Shown in pieces: positions 25,274 through 37,692 of a stretch of DNA of 64,000 nt; positions within the stretch are counted from its first letter, which is position 1, and every line of letters starts with the position of its first letter. Source of the DNA: an uncultured Actinomycetota bacterium (GTDB lineage Bacteria > Actinomycetota > Actinomycetes > Mycobacteriales > Micromonosporaceae). Position numbers and translations under genes: made by a program. The DNA is taken from assembly GCA_963750055.1 (NCBI GenBank), contig CAVVPI010000011.1:72503-136502 (forward strand). Direction: 5' to 3'. Under the pieces are notes generated by a model, which made no database searches, was not told where the DNA came from, and was given only the letters and a program-made list of their open reading frames with translations.

Positions 25274-25806
25274 TCATCCCTCCCTGTTCAGTAGCCGGCC
25301 GGCGGTGTCTGCGGCGGCAAGACGCAGGCGCAGCGCGTCGATCGCCCGGGCCGCCTGGCTCTTCACGGTCCCCGGTGAACAGCCCGAGCTGCTCGGCGGT
25401 CTCCTCGACTGACAGGTCGCAGAAATAACGCAGCACCAGCACCGCCCGTCGCCTGGGCGGCAGCTCGGCCAGGAGCGCGAGGATCGTGAGCCGATCCGCG
25501 ACCTGCTCGGTCCCGACCCCTCTCGGTCGCCCGATCGGGCACGGCCTCCCAGGACTGCTCGCGGCGCCACGGCCGGCGCCGCTCATCCAGCCAGGTCCGC
25601 AGCAGGGTCCGCCGGACGTACGCGTCAGGGTTGTCCATCGTGGCAATCCGCCGCCAGTGCCGGAAAAGCTTTACCAGCGCAGCCGACACCAGGTCGTCAG
25701 CGGTGTGCCAGTTCCCGCAGAGCAGGTACGCCACCCGTCGGAACTGGTCGAGCCGCGTCGCCACGTACTCCCGATAGCTCTCAACATCCGCCGGCAAACT
25801 GTCCAC
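25274..25806 (-). CDS. ECF (sigma-70 family) RNA polymerase sigma factor; one apparent frameshift in region 4
   Basis: Region 2: 'VATRLDQFRRVAYLLCGNWHTADDLVSAALVKLFRHWRRIATMDNPDAYVRRTLLRTWLDERRR'. Region 4 'LPPRRRAVLVLRYFCDLSVEETAEQLG|CSPGTVKSQAARAIDALRL' is split across two frames near 25440. Confidence 0.65.
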
Positions 25807-25933
25807 CCTTCTCGTCTTCGCACAGGAAACGGAGACGAGAGCCCAGCAGGTTGCCCGGGGTAGGTCAGGTGATTATGGAGACCGTCACCGTGCCGATCAG
25901 GATCCGGTGGTCCGCATCAGCACCCGCCGTACC

Positions 25934-28900
25934 TCACTCGCGCCGACCGCGGTCGCTGGCCCGGTCGATGGCGGTCTGCACGCCACCGACCCGGTCGGCG
26001 AGCAGGCCCAACGCGCCGACCGCCCGGCTGACCGGATCGTCGCCCTCCCCGCCCAGCGCGCGGGCCCGCAGATAGCCGGCCTTCACCTCGGCCCATCGGC
26101 GGGCCTGGCCCGGGGTCAACCGGCCGCGCAGCTCGGCGAGCTTGAGCAGGTTCGCCTCGGCCCCGGCGGCCAGGGTCTGCGCCTCCCCCAGGTAGTGATC
26201 GTCGATCACCGCCGCCAGCTCCTCGTCGTTCATCACCGGGACGACCCGCTCGGCCAGCTTGTTCATGTTGCGGTAGGAGCCCTGCAACTGGAACGGCGGT
26301 TCGGTCCGGGTCGCCGTCCGCCTGCCCGGCCGAGGCGATGTACGCCTGGTTGACGGCGAGCACCATCCGCTGTAGCCGGAGCAGCTTGCGCAGCACCGAG
26401 AGGATCTGGTCCAGCTCTACCGCCGGGTACGGGTGGCTCAACTGGTCCGCCCGGATTGTCTCGTCACCGCCGGCGAGCCGGACCAGCAGCTCAACGTCGG
26501 CGCGGTCCCGGGTGGACAGCGGCGCGAGCACCGGGTTGGAGGTCAACGCGTTCTCGATGTAGCTGAGCGCGAAAACCTCGTCCCGCCCGGAGAGCACATC
26601 GCCGAGGTTCCACACGTCGGCCCGGTTGGCCAGCATGTCCGGCACCCGGAACCGCTGTCCCGACTCGGTGTACGGGTTGCCGGCCATGCAGACCGCGAAC
26701 CGCTTACCGCGCAGGTCGTAGCTGCGGGTCCGACCCGCCCAGACCCCCTCCATCCGGCGCTGCCCGTCACAGAGCGAGATGAACTTCTGCAACAACTCCG
26801 GCGAGGTGTGCTGGATGTCGTCCAGGTAGAGCAGCACGTTGCTGCCGAGCTCCAGGGCGAAGGAGATCTTCTCGACCTCCTGCCGGGCGGTCGCGTTCGG
26901 CGCGTCGGCCGGGTCGATCGAGGTGACCGCCGAGCCGAGCGCCGGGCCGTTGACCTTGACGAAGACCAGGCCGAGCCGGCTGGCGACGTACTCCATCAGG
27001 GTGGTCTTGCCGTAGCCGGGCGGTGAGATGAGCAGCAGCAGGCCCATCTGGTCCACCCGTTTGGCCTCGCCCACCGCGCCGAGCTGGCGGGCCAGGTTGT
27101 CGCCGATCAGCGGCAGGTACACCTCGTCCAGCAGCCGGTTCCGGACGAACGAACTCAGCACCCTCGGCTGGTATTCCGTCAGCCGCAACCGGGTCCGCTC
27201 GGCGGCCACCAGCTCGTTGCGCCGCCGCTGATAATCCCGGTACGCCGGCACCCGCTCGGTGCGGAACCGCCGGGTCCGGGCCAGCGTCTCGTCGATCCGC
27301 AGCGCCAGCCGCGAGCTGACGATCCGGGGGTGGCTGGCCAGCAGCCCGTCAATGGTGGTCGAGAGTTCCGCCGCCGGGAAGTACCGGGGCAGTTCGGCCC
27401 CGCAGAGTTCGATGGCCACCGCCTCGGGCAGGTCGGCCACCGCAGTCGCCGGCCCGCCCACCGCAGCCGGCCCGGCGGTAGCGGACGCGGTCGGGTCGAC
27501 GGTGGCCAGGTACGAGGTCAGCCAGGCCTCGACCAGTTGGTATCGGGTGGCCAGGTCGTCGCCGAGCGCCCGCAGGTCGTCGTCGAACTCCCGGACGGCG
27601 GTGGAGTCGCTGCTGTCCAAGGTGCGCCGGAACCGGTCGACCAGCGTCCGGGCGCCGGCAGCGGTGACGAACCCGATCGTGGGCCGGGCAAGCTCCTCGA
27701 ACAGGTACTCGCCGGCGAGGTCCGGCTCTGCCGCCAGGTCGGCGAGGCCCACCCCGCGCAGGAAACCCGCCACCTCGGCGGCCAGCTCCGCGCAGAGTTC
27801 GCCGATCGCGGCCGAGCGGCCGAAAACCGCTCGGGCGCGCGCCAACGACCTGGCCCGACGCGCCCGGGCGGTCCGGGCCGCCCCGTCGACGCCGTACGCC
27901 CAGAAGAGCTGCGCCGCGGCCCGCGCGCCCGGCGGGTAGCGCAGCAACCCGACCTCGGCGTGCAGCCGCAGCAGCCGGTCCAGGATGGCGGCGGCATCGT
28001 GGTCGTGGATGCCCCGCTCGTACCCCTCGTCGTAGCGGCCCTCGGCGACCCGGCGGACCAGTTTCCGCAGCCCGTCCTCGGTGGTCGCCGCGGCCCGCAG
28101 CCCGTCCAGGGTCAGCCCGCCGACACCGGCCTCGGCGTCGGCCAGGATCGAGGTGGCCAGGTACTCGGCCCGGGTCACCTCGGCCGACTCGGAGACCACC
28201 GTCTGGTCCCAGAATGGCCGGGTCCGGGCGAACGCCTCGTCCCGGACCGGGGCGCGGTAATCGGTACCGGTGATGGCTACCGCCAGCCCGTCGTCGTGCG
28301 GGACGAGCGTGACATCGATGGACTGGGTGTTGACCGCGAACCGGTGTCGGCCGAGCCGGATCGTCTCGCCGCCGTCGGCGTACAGGTCGATCCGGTCGCG
28401 CAGACCGCGGCCGGCCTCCTGGCGGGCGGCCTTGATCCGCCCGGCCAGCTCCTCGGCCCGGACCGGATCACCCAGGGTACGCAGTTCGTCGGCGACCGCG
28501 CGGAGTCTGCCGACCATCGGGTCGGCGGCGAAGTAGGTGTTGACCTCGTCGAGCGAGCGCAGACCGGCGACCCGGCGGTGCACGCTGACCAGGATCCGCT
28601 CGGCTGAGGAGACCAGCCGGTCGGCCCGGCGGGCCCGCTCGTCGAGCAGCGCCTGCCGACGCGAGGAGAAGGCCTCGTAGATGTCGGTACGTTTGCTGCC
28701 AAGTTCGGCGAGGAAGTCATCGAACTCGCCGAACCGGGCCTCCAGGTTCTCCAGTTGCAGCAGCAGCCGGCCCAGTTGCTCGTCGCATTTCTCGGCCGTG
28801 TCGGCCACCGCCAGTGCGCCGGTGACCGCCTGCCCGAGCAGGGCGAACTCGGCGGCGAAACCGGCCCGCCCCTCGGCGGCGAGCAACGTCCGGCGCCGGG

Positions 28901-30898
28901 CGTCCAACGTGGCCCGGGTCCGGTTGACCCCGCCGAGCACCTCACCGATCCGCTCCAGGATGCCGGTCCGGACCACCGGATCGGCGATCTCCAGCCCGCC
29001 CACCACTTCGGTGACCAGTGCGAGCCCTGCGGCCTGCTCGGCCAACCGGTCGGCGAGGGGCGCCGCCTCGACGGTGCCGCCGATCGCCTCGGCCGCCTTG
29101 GCCAACCGGTCGAGTTCTTCGTGGTAGCCGGCGAGGGCATCGTCGCGGGCGAGGAAGCCGACCGCTCGTCCGCCCGCGGCGTCCAGTTCGGCGACGAGCT
29201 GTCCGGCCAGTTCGTCGACCCGGTCGAGGTCGACGTAGCGCAGCTCACGCAGGGTCATCAGATTGCCCTGGGCCTGACGCAGCCCGGCGAGCTGACCCAC
29301 CCATTCGTCGGCGCTGCGGGGGGCCTCGCCCCGCACCAGTCGGATCAGTCCGGCGATCCGGGCCGCCGCCTCCGCCAGGGTCGCGGCGGCGTGCTCGGTG
29401 AGCGACTGGACCTTTTCGAACTCGTCCAGCACCTGCCGGGCGGTGGAGCGGACCTCGGCCAGCGGCACCCGCAGGTCCCCGAGGTCCGGCTCACCGAGCC
29501 AGTGGTAGTGGTCGAAGACCCGGGTGCAGGCGGCGATCAACGCCTCGAACAGGTTGCTCGACGGGGTCAGTTCGCCGGCCATCCGGGCCACCGAGAGGCA
29601 GTCGGAGATGCCCCGTACCAGGTCGGGGTTGCCGACCCGCTCCAGCGGGCCGGCGCCGACCGGTTGGGCGGCGGCGTACGCGTCGGAGAGGTACGGGGTC
29701 TGCCAGATCTGCATCGGGTGCACCCGGGTCGGCTCCTCCGACATTGCCCGGAACACCACCAGGGTGCCGTCGTCGAAGAGCGAGTAGCCGTGGCAGGTGA
29801 TCGGGGTGGCGACCTCCTTGCGGATCACGTTGTACGGCAGCAGCAGCGACCGCCCCGCGCCCCGGGCGTGGAAGACGTAGAGCACGTCCTCGCCGTTGGT
29901 CGACCGGATGATCCGCTCGAATTCGAGGTCGGTCACATCGGTGTCGAAGGTCCGGCTGACCCCGGTGGAGAGGTAGTAGCCGCCGGGGAAAATGATCCCG
30001 TGGTCCTCGGGCAGCCGCTGGCAGGCCGGTCCGATGCCGTCGAGCCGGACCACCTCCCGGGTGATGGTGTTGAAGACCAGGTGCCGCCACCGCGGTTCCT
30101 TGTACGGCCGGATCCGCAGCAGGATCAGCGGGCCGACCCGGGCCCGGTGCACGTCCGCGTCGGCCAGGCTCTGTAACGGCTCGTCGACCGGCTCGGCGTA
30201 GATGCCCACGCCGGTCTCGGTGTTGTTCTCGATTTTGACGGTCAGGGTTCCGCCGACGGTTTCGACGAAGACCTCGCCCTCGATCGAGATGTGCGGGTGC
30301 CGACCGAGGATGTGATCGTCGCGGGTGGTCTCGATCCACTCGAAGTCGTGCGAGGGCGGGAAGACGTGTTCCCGCTCGCCCCGGTTGTCCAGGTAGCTGA
30401 CTGATCCGTCAGCGTCGACCTGCCAGCGCAGCACCCGGATGTCTTCGGTGTTCGGCCCGGTCTGGAAGACCGCCAGCAGCCGGCCGTCCAACCGGCGCAG
30501 TTGCAGCAGCCGGGTTTCCCGGTAGTAGCGGTACAGCTCGACTGAAGTCCCGGACGAACTGCGGGTGCCGCAGCAGGTCGGGCAGTTCGGTCGGCGCTGC
30601 CTCGTCGAACCGGAAAACCTCGCCCTCGGCGCGCGGCCTCCCGGTCGAAATGGTGCAGCGAGAAGACGTCGTCCACGGCCGTCTCGGGTTTGAGCCCGAT
30701 GAAGACGTTGTAGCCGAAGAGCATCAGCCCGCCGACCGAGACGACGTCCCGGGGTACGCAGTTGTGCTCGGTGCGGATCCGCTCGGTGCCGAGCAGCCGC
30801 AGTTCGGCGCTGCCGAAGACCGCCAGCCGGCGGGCGTTCAGCTCCTCGGCCCGCCGGGCCAGTTCGGCGGCCCGCTCGGCGAGCCGGGCCCGGAGCAC
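25934..30898 (-). CDS. giant (~1650 aa) ATPase: N-terminal beta-rich domain, long coiled-coil middle, C-terminal AAA_5 (MoxR/McrB/dynein-like) P-loop domain; 2 apparent frameshifts
   Basis: GTG start at 30898, ~25 nt after the flotillin stop: 'MLRARLAERAAELARRAEELNARRLAVFGSAELRLLGTERIRTEHNCVPRDVV...'. Frame switch ~30560 into the 1680 aa ORF. Walker A 'LLISPPGYGKTTLMEYVASRLG'. Walker B/sensor 'LLYLDDIQHTSPELLQKFISLCDGQRRMEGV...RFAVCMAGNPY...RVPDMLANR'. The last ~110 aa are in another frame (25934-26287). The ORF-track N-terminus (Arg-rich) and C-terminus (Gly/Arg-rich) are out-of-frame read-through. Confidence 0.6.
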
Positions 30899-30955
30899 CT
30901 CGTAGGTGCCGCGTCCACCCCGGTCGTCCGGGAGCGGACGCTGTGGCCTGCTCCG

Positions 30956-33049
30956 TCACGAAGGCACTGCCTCGCCGTGCCGTCGCCGCGCTCCGTCGAG
31001 GGCGGCCAACGGCGCGTCGGCCAGGCCGAGCTGCTTCGCGGCGGTCAACAGCTCCCGAAACTTGCCGGCGTCCGCTCCGCCGGCCTTGATCTGCCGCAGC
31101 AGGAAGGCGGAGACGGTGAGGTTCTGCACGTCAGCGCTGCTCAGCGAGCCGAGCATCCGGGTGAGGTCGTCGGTGAAGTTCGACGAGCCGTCCAGCCAGG
31201 GCCGGGCCAGACTCTGGGCCACCTCGGAGTGCTGGACGAACCCGTCCACGCTCTTGCCGAGGCTGATCGAGTTGAGCAGCCGGTCGAAGAAGACCGTGTC
31301 GCCGCCGACGATGTCGATGTTCGCCTTCTCCAGCCCGGCGGCCACCACCATGGCCTGCGCCTCGGCGACCTGGCGCTGCACATCGATGCCGGCCAGCCGG
31401 ATCTCCTTCTCCGCCTCCAGCCGCAGCCGGTACTCCTCGTGCTCGCGGGACGCGTCGTTCAGCGCGGCCATCGCCGCCGCCTTCTCGGTGAGACCGGCCG
31501 CCTCGCCCTTGAGCTTCTCGCGGATCGCGTCGGCCGCCACCAGCGCCTTCTCCCGCTCCACCGTCGCCTCGGCCCGGCCGACCTTCTCGATCGCCTCGGC
31601 GCTGCGCTCACGTACCCGCGCCTCGGCCAGGCCGACCTTCTCGATCGCCTCGGCGCTGCGCTCGCGTACCTGCACCTCGGCCAGGCCGGCGGCGGCCGCC
31701 TCGGCCTGGACCCCCTCGGCCAGGCGGATCTTGGCGCGGGCGTCCAGCTCGGCCGCCTGCTGCCGGGCCTCGGCCAGCACCAGCTCCTCGCGGGCCTTGT
31801 GCTTGGCCGCCGCCTCGGCCGCCTCGGCCGCCTTGATGTCCTTGACCAGGCTCTCCTGCGCCTCGGCCTCCGCCTGGATGATCACCGCCTGGCGGGTCCG
31901 CTCGGCCTCCTCGACCACCCGCAGCCGCTTGATGTTCTCCTCCTGCTCGGCGACCGTCTTCTCCACCGCGATCCGCTCGCGCACCACCTCGGCGATGGCC
32001 CGCTTCTCGGCCTCGACCTCCTTGTCCTTGGCGATGGTGGAGAGCTCGGTTTCCCGCTGCCGGGAGATCACCTCCAGCATCCGGTCCTTTTCGATCCGCT
32101 CGGACTCGATCGCGATGACCCGTTCCCGGTTCTTCTCCGCGACCGCGATCTCCCGGGTCAGGTTCTCCCGTTGGACGCCGACCTGCTCATCGGTGCGGAG
32201 GTTCGCCGCCTCGGCCTTGAGCCGCTCCTCGGCGCGTACCCGCGAGATCTCGGCGTCCTCGCGGGCCCGCATGGTGTCGATCTCCCGGCGCTGCTTCGCC
32301 TCCGCGTCCGCCTGCCGGCGTTCCAACTCCAGGATGGCCTCCCGGGCGTCGACGTTCTGCCGGGCGATCTCCTTCTGTTCGTGGCGCTGGAGTTCGTTGG
32401 TCCGGATGTGTTCGATCGCGGTCAGCTCGGTGATCTTCCGGATGCCCTGCGCGTCCAGGATGTTCGCCGAGTCGAGCCGCACCATCGGGGTCTGCTCCAG
32501 GAAGTCGATCGCGGCGTCTTCCAGGCTGTAGCCGTTGAGGTCGGTGCCGATCACATGGATGATCTGGTCGCGGAACTCGTTCCGCTTGGTGTAGAGGTCG
32601 ACGAAGTCGAGCTGCTTGCCGACCGTCTTGAGCGCCTCGGAGAACTTGGCGTTGAAGAGCTCCTGCAGGGTCGCCCGGTCGCTGGCCCGCGCCGTACCGA
32701 TCGCCTGGGCCACCTTGATCACATCCTCGGTGGTCTTGTTGACCCGGACGAAGAAGGTGATCCGGATATCGGCGCGGATGTTGTCCCGGCAGATCAGCCC
32801 CTCGTTGCCGGTCCGCTCGATGTCGATCGTCTTCACCGAGATGTCCATCACCTCGGCCTTGTGCAGCACCGGCAGCACCACGGCGCCGGTGAAGGTCACG
32901 TCAACCCGTCGGACCTTCGAGACGATCAGCGCCTTGCCCTGCTCGACCTTGCGGAACAGCCGGCTGATGACGAACACGACGCCGATGGCGACGAGGAGCA
33001 CGACGGCCAGGAGCACGCCGAGCCCGGTGGTGATGGCAGCATCCATCAA
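30956..33049 (-). CDS. flotillin (SPFH/band-7 family, FloT/YqiK-like)
   Basis: 697 aa, intact. N-terminal TM 'GLGVLLAVVLLVAIGVVFVISRLF', an SPFH domain, then a long EA-rich coiled-coil with repeated 'AEAIEKVG(L/R)AEARVRERS' units. Its stop overlaps the start region of the giant ATPase. Confidence 0.85.
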   Translation of the reverse strand: MMDAAITTGLGVLLAVVLLVAIGVVFVISRLFRKVEQGKALIVSKVRRVDVTFTGAVVLPVLHKAEVMDISVKTIDIERTGNEGLICRDNIRADIRITFFVRVNKTTEDVIKVAQAIGTARASDRATLQELFNAKFSEALKTVGKQLDFVDLYTKRNEFRDQIIHVIGTDLNGYSLEDAAIDFLEQTPMVRLDSANILDAQGIRKITELTAIEHIRTNELQRHEQKEIARQNVDAREAILELERRQADAEAKQRREIDTMRAREDAEISRVRAEERLKAEAANLRTDEQVGVQRENLTREIAVAEKNRERVIAIESERIEKDRMLEVISRQRETELSTIAKDKEVEAEKRAIAEVVRERIAVEKTVAEQEENIKRLRVVEEAERTRQAVIIQAEAEAQESLVKDIKAAEAAEAAAKHKAREELVLAEARQQAAELDARAKIRLAEGVQAEAAAAGLAEVQVRERSAEAIEKVGLAEARVRERSAEAIEKVGRAEATVEREKALVAADAIREKLKGEAAGLTEKAAAMAALNDASREHEEYRLRLEAEKEIRLAGIDVQRQVAEAQAMVVAAGLEKANIDIVGGDTVFFDRLLNSISLGKSVDGFVQHSEVAQSLARPWLDGSSNFTDDLTRMLGSLSSADVQNLTVSAFLLRQIKAGGADAGKFRELLTAAKQLGLADAPLAALDGARRRHGEAVPS

Positions 33050-33154
33050 GATTCCTTTGGGGTGTTGATTGGATGATCGGAGTCAAGGGCGGCGTCAACG
33101 GGCAGCACCCAGAAGAATTCGCCAGCGGCGTCGTAGTCGTAGATCAGGGCGGGA

Positions 33155-33691
33155 CTACCCGCGACGAGCCGATCCTGGGCCGGTCTGTCGAACCTGGATG
33201 ATGGCGGAGGAACCGTCCGGGGCGGTCACCTCGGCCTGACCGAAGTCGGCGGTGACCCGACCGGTGCGCACCACGCAGACGCTGCCGACGAAGGCGGTGC
33301 GGGACGGCCCCGAGGTCTCCGGAAACAGGTGCCGCAGCGGCGCCACCAGCAGCCGGGTGGCCAGCCAGGCGACAGCCAGCGCCAGCACGAGCACGAGCAC
33401 CCCGACGGAGGGCAGCGCGGCGACGCCCATTCCGACCCGCTCCAGCAGGACAGTGCCGGCGAGGCTGACGAACCAGGCCACCGCGATCAACAGCGAGAGG
33501 ACCACGATGACCGGCGGCCCGCCCAGGCCGAGCCCGGCCAGGAAACCGGCGGATCCGACGTCCGAATCGGCGTCGGTCTCCAGCTCGACCGCACCGATCA
33601 GGACGAACAACCAGTAGCCGATGACCACCAGCAGAAGAAAACTGAACAGGACCGCGGGAAAGCCGAGCGCCGCATTGACGAACTCACCCAT
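33155..33691 (-). CDS. NfeD-like membrane protein (YqiJ/YuaF-like, C-terminal OB-fold)
   Basis: 178 aa. 3-4 TM helices then 'AFVGSVCVVRTGRVTADFGQAEVTAPDGSSAIIQVRQ' (OB-fold-like). It sits immediately upstream of flotillin, as in canonical nfeD-flotillin operons. Confidence 0.55.
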   Translation of the reverse strand: MGEFVNAALGFPAVLFSFLLLVVIGYWLFVLIGAVELETDADSDVGSAGFLAGLGLGGPPVIVVLSLLIAVAWFVSLAGTVLLERVGMGVAALPSVGVLVLVLALAVAWLATRLLVAPLRHLFPETSGPSRTAFVGSVCVVRTGRVTADFGQAEVTAPDGSSAIIQVRQTGPGSARRG

Positions 33692-33861
33692 CGGCCCGCC
33701 GCCCTCCCCAGGTAGCCACTAGCCGGATGGAAGGATCATGACACGCGGCGGCAACCCGGGCCGTCCCGGTCAGTTCGTCAACCTGGCCGCGCCCCGCGTT
33801 CGCGATTCGTAGGTGGGCCGGACGCGCCGCTGGGCGGAGCCGGTGTGGTTGTCGGCCCCGG

Positions 33862-35113
33862 CTAGCGAGGCAGCTCGATCCGCCCCTCGGCAGCGGCCAA
33901 CCCGATGTCCCGGCGGTGCTGCGAGCCGGCCAGCCCGATCCCGTTGACCAGGGCGTACGCGGCCTGGCGCGCGGTGGTCAGATCCGGGCCGGTCGCGGTC
34001 GCGGAGAGCACCCGGCCACCGGCGGAGACCAACGCTCCGTCAGTGGCCCGGCGGACCGTCCCGGCGTGGATGACGCCCGGCTGCTCCGCGCCGGTGATGA
34101 CATCCCCGGTACGCGGGGCGGCCGGATAACCCTCGGCGGCCACCACCACGGTCACCGCCGCGCCGTCCCGCCAGCCCAGCGGCGGGTGCGTGGCGAGCGT
34201 GCCGGTCGCGGCGGCGTGTAGCAGCCCGGCCAGCGGGGTTTCCAGCAGGGCCAGCACCACCTGGGTCTCCGGGTCACCGAACCGGGCGTTGAACTCGATC
34301 ACCTTCGGCCCGTCGGCGGTGATCGCCAGCCCGACGTAGAGCAGGCCCGCGAACGGGGTGCCCCGACGCCGCAGCTCGGCCAGGGTCGGGTGCACCACGC
34401 TCGCCATGACCTCGTCTACCAGGCCGGGCGGCGTCCAGGGCAGCGGCGCGTACGCGCCCATGCCGCCGGTGTTCGGGCCGGTGTCCCCGTCGCCGATCCG
34501 CTTGAAGTCCTGCGCGGGGAGCAGCGGCAGCGCCGTCTCCCCGTCGGTGACGACGAAAAGTGACACCTCGGGGCCGGCCAGGTACTCCTCGATCACCACC
34601 TGGCCGCATTCCGCCGCATGCCGAGCGCGCGGCGGTCCGGTCGTCGGTGACCACCACACCCTTGCCGGCGGCCAGTCCGTCGTTCTTCACCACGTACGGC
34701 GCGCCGAAGGCGTCCAGTGCGGCGTCCACCTGCTCGGCGGTCTCGCAGGCGGCGGCACCGGCGGTCGGCACCCCGGCGGCGGCCATGATCTCCTTGGCGA
34801 ACGCCTTGGAGCCTTCGAGCCGGGCCGCGGCGGCGGATGGTCCGAAGCAGGGGATGCCCTTGGCGCGTACCGTGTCGGCGGCGCCCGCGACCAGCGGCGC
34901 CTCCGGGCCGATCACGACCAGGTCCGCCCCGGTCTCCACGGCCAGCGCGGCGACCGCGTCCGGGTCGGTCGCGGCGACCTCCCGCACCTCGACGAAGGTC
35001 GCGATGCCCGGATTGCCGGGGGCGACGATGAGCTGATCAACCGACGGGTCAGCGGCAAGGCCCAGCGCGAGCGCATGCTCCCGCCCGCCACCACCAATAA
35101 GGAGTACGCGCAC
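33862..35113 (-). CDS. purD: phosphoribosylamine--glycine ligase; one apparent frameshift ~34630
   Basis: 'MRVLLIGGGGREHALALGLAADPSVDQLIVAPGNPGIA...GIPCFGPSAAAARLEGSKAFAKEIMAAAGVPTA' then, in another frame, '...VIEEYLAGPEVSLFVVTDGETALPLLPAQDFKRIGDGDTGPNTGGMGAYAPLPW...VIEFNARFGDPETQVVL'. Confidence 0.8.
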
Positions 35114-35131
35114 GACGCCCGATCCTACCGG

Positions 35132-36484
<1,353 letters not shown>

Positions 36485-36726
36485 TCAGGCTAACAACAAG
36501 TGACGGTCCGGCCGGCAGGTGGCCGGGACGATAGGTAGGAGGCCACCGCCCGTGTACGACGTGCTGCTGCTCGCGCTCGGGTCGGCCCAGGATGCTCCAA
36601 CGGGCTGCGGCAGCGGTACCGCCTGCTGCGGTTCGGCGCCCACCAAGGCCCGGGACGGCTGCGCCGACACTCCACGCGTACCGGTGCTGAGCCTGCGCGG
36701 ACGCGCTCACCGCGAGCGGCGCCCGG

Positions 36727-37560
36727 GTGGCGACGGTGACCGCCGGATCGGACGCGGAGATCGACGCCGTACTGGCCCGCCTGGATGGTCCGCCCCGCCC
36801 GGACGGCCTCGACTGGCCCGCCGCCGACGGTAGGACCCGCCTGGTGGTCGCTACCGCTAGTGACGGTCAGTTGCGCGCGGTGGTGCGCAGGCTGGTCCGC
36901 CGGTACGCGCCACCGCCGAGCCGTCGCCCCGCCGATCTGGCCGGCAACCGTACGGTGCCCGACCTGCCGCCGATCGGGTTGCTGCCGCTCGACCCGGCCC
37001 GCGCCGGAGCGACGGACCGGTCCGGGAGCGCCCGACCGATCTGGCCGGTCAACTGGGCCTGCCCCGGGATCCGGCGGCGGTGGCGGCGGCGGTACTCGGT
37101 GGTTCGGTCCGCCGCCTCGATTTGCTGCGCAACGACAGCGGTTCGGTCACGTTGGACGGCGCGCTGCTCGGCGGCGGCGGATGAGGCCGGCCAGCCGCTG
37201 GCCTGGCGTGGCCGGGTGGAGGTCGACGACATCGTGCTCTCCGCCGGTGACGAGCCGCTGCTGGCCTGCGCGCTGGGGAACGCGGGTGGATACGCGGAAC
37301 TGGAGGGGGTGCGGTTGCTGACCGACCCGGACCCGGCCGACGGCGCGATCGAGGTCGCGGTGGCGGTCCCGGTGGTCGCCCGGTCCCGCTTCGGACAAAA
37401 TCGGGTACGCCTCGAAGTGCGGCGGGCCCGTGGCCGAGCCGTCGCGGTTACCCCGCGCGATGACAAACTGCCCTTTCTGGACGACGGGGTCGCTGGCGAA
37501 CTGGGCCGTAAGCGATCGTGGTGGGTCGAACCGGGCGCGTGGGCGGTATACCACCACTGA
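36727..37560 (+). CDS. conserved hypothetical protein; middle third encoded in a different frame (2 apparent frameshifts)
   Basis: GTG start with an upstream in-frame stop at 36688. Protein-like N- and C-terminal parts ('...TRLVVATASDGQLRAVVRRLVRRY', '...LAWRGRVEVDDIVLSAGDEPLLACALGNAGGYAELEGVRLL...'). The middle 'DLAGQLGLPRDPAAVAAAVLGGSVRRLDLLRNDSGSVTLDGALLGGG' reads cleanly only in the frame-0 segment 37020-37190. Confidence 0.4.
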   Translation: MATVTAGSDAEIDAVLARLDGPPRPDGLDWPAADGRTRLVVATASDGQLRAVVRRLVRRYAPPPSRRPADLAGNRTVPDLPPIGLLPLDPARAGATDRSGSARPIWPVNWACPGIRRRWRRRYSVVRSAASICCATTAVRSRWTARCSAAADEAGQPLAWRGRVEVDDIVLSAGDEPLLACALGNAGGYAELEGVRLLTDPDPADGAIEVAVAVPVVARSRFGQNRVRLEVRRARGRAVAVTPRDDKLPFLDDGVAGELGRKRSWWVEPGAWAVYHH

Positions 37561-37692
37561 CCACTGTGCGAGCCTGGTAGCAGGGCTGCCGGGTCGGAAT
37601 TCGGCAGGCTTTTCTTCCGATTTCCGGGTTGCGACTTCAGGCCGGGCTGATCGACGGGCATATCCTCGGGCAGGAGCAGGGGGAGGTTAGCC

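Noticed and set aside
25917-30959. The 1680 aa ORF as given (start 30959, end 25917)
   Set aside because: Its first ~150 aa and last ~120 aa are Arg/Gly-rich out-of-frame sequence. The real N-terminus is in ORF 30242-30898 and the real C-terminus in ORF 25934-26287. The gene was re-delimited as 25934-30898 with two frame breaks.
36519-36833. Small Cys-rich ORF (VYDVLLLALGSAQDAPTGCGSGTACCGSAP...) with a good GGAGG SD, divergent from purA; considered as a possible RiPP or secreted-peptide precursor
   Set aside because: After ~45 codons the frame becomes Arg/Gly-rich junk and overlaps the better-supported 36727-37560 gene. It is most likely an alternative-frame artefact, or at best the displaced N-terminus of the downstream gene. 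No tailoring-enzyme genes are nearby.
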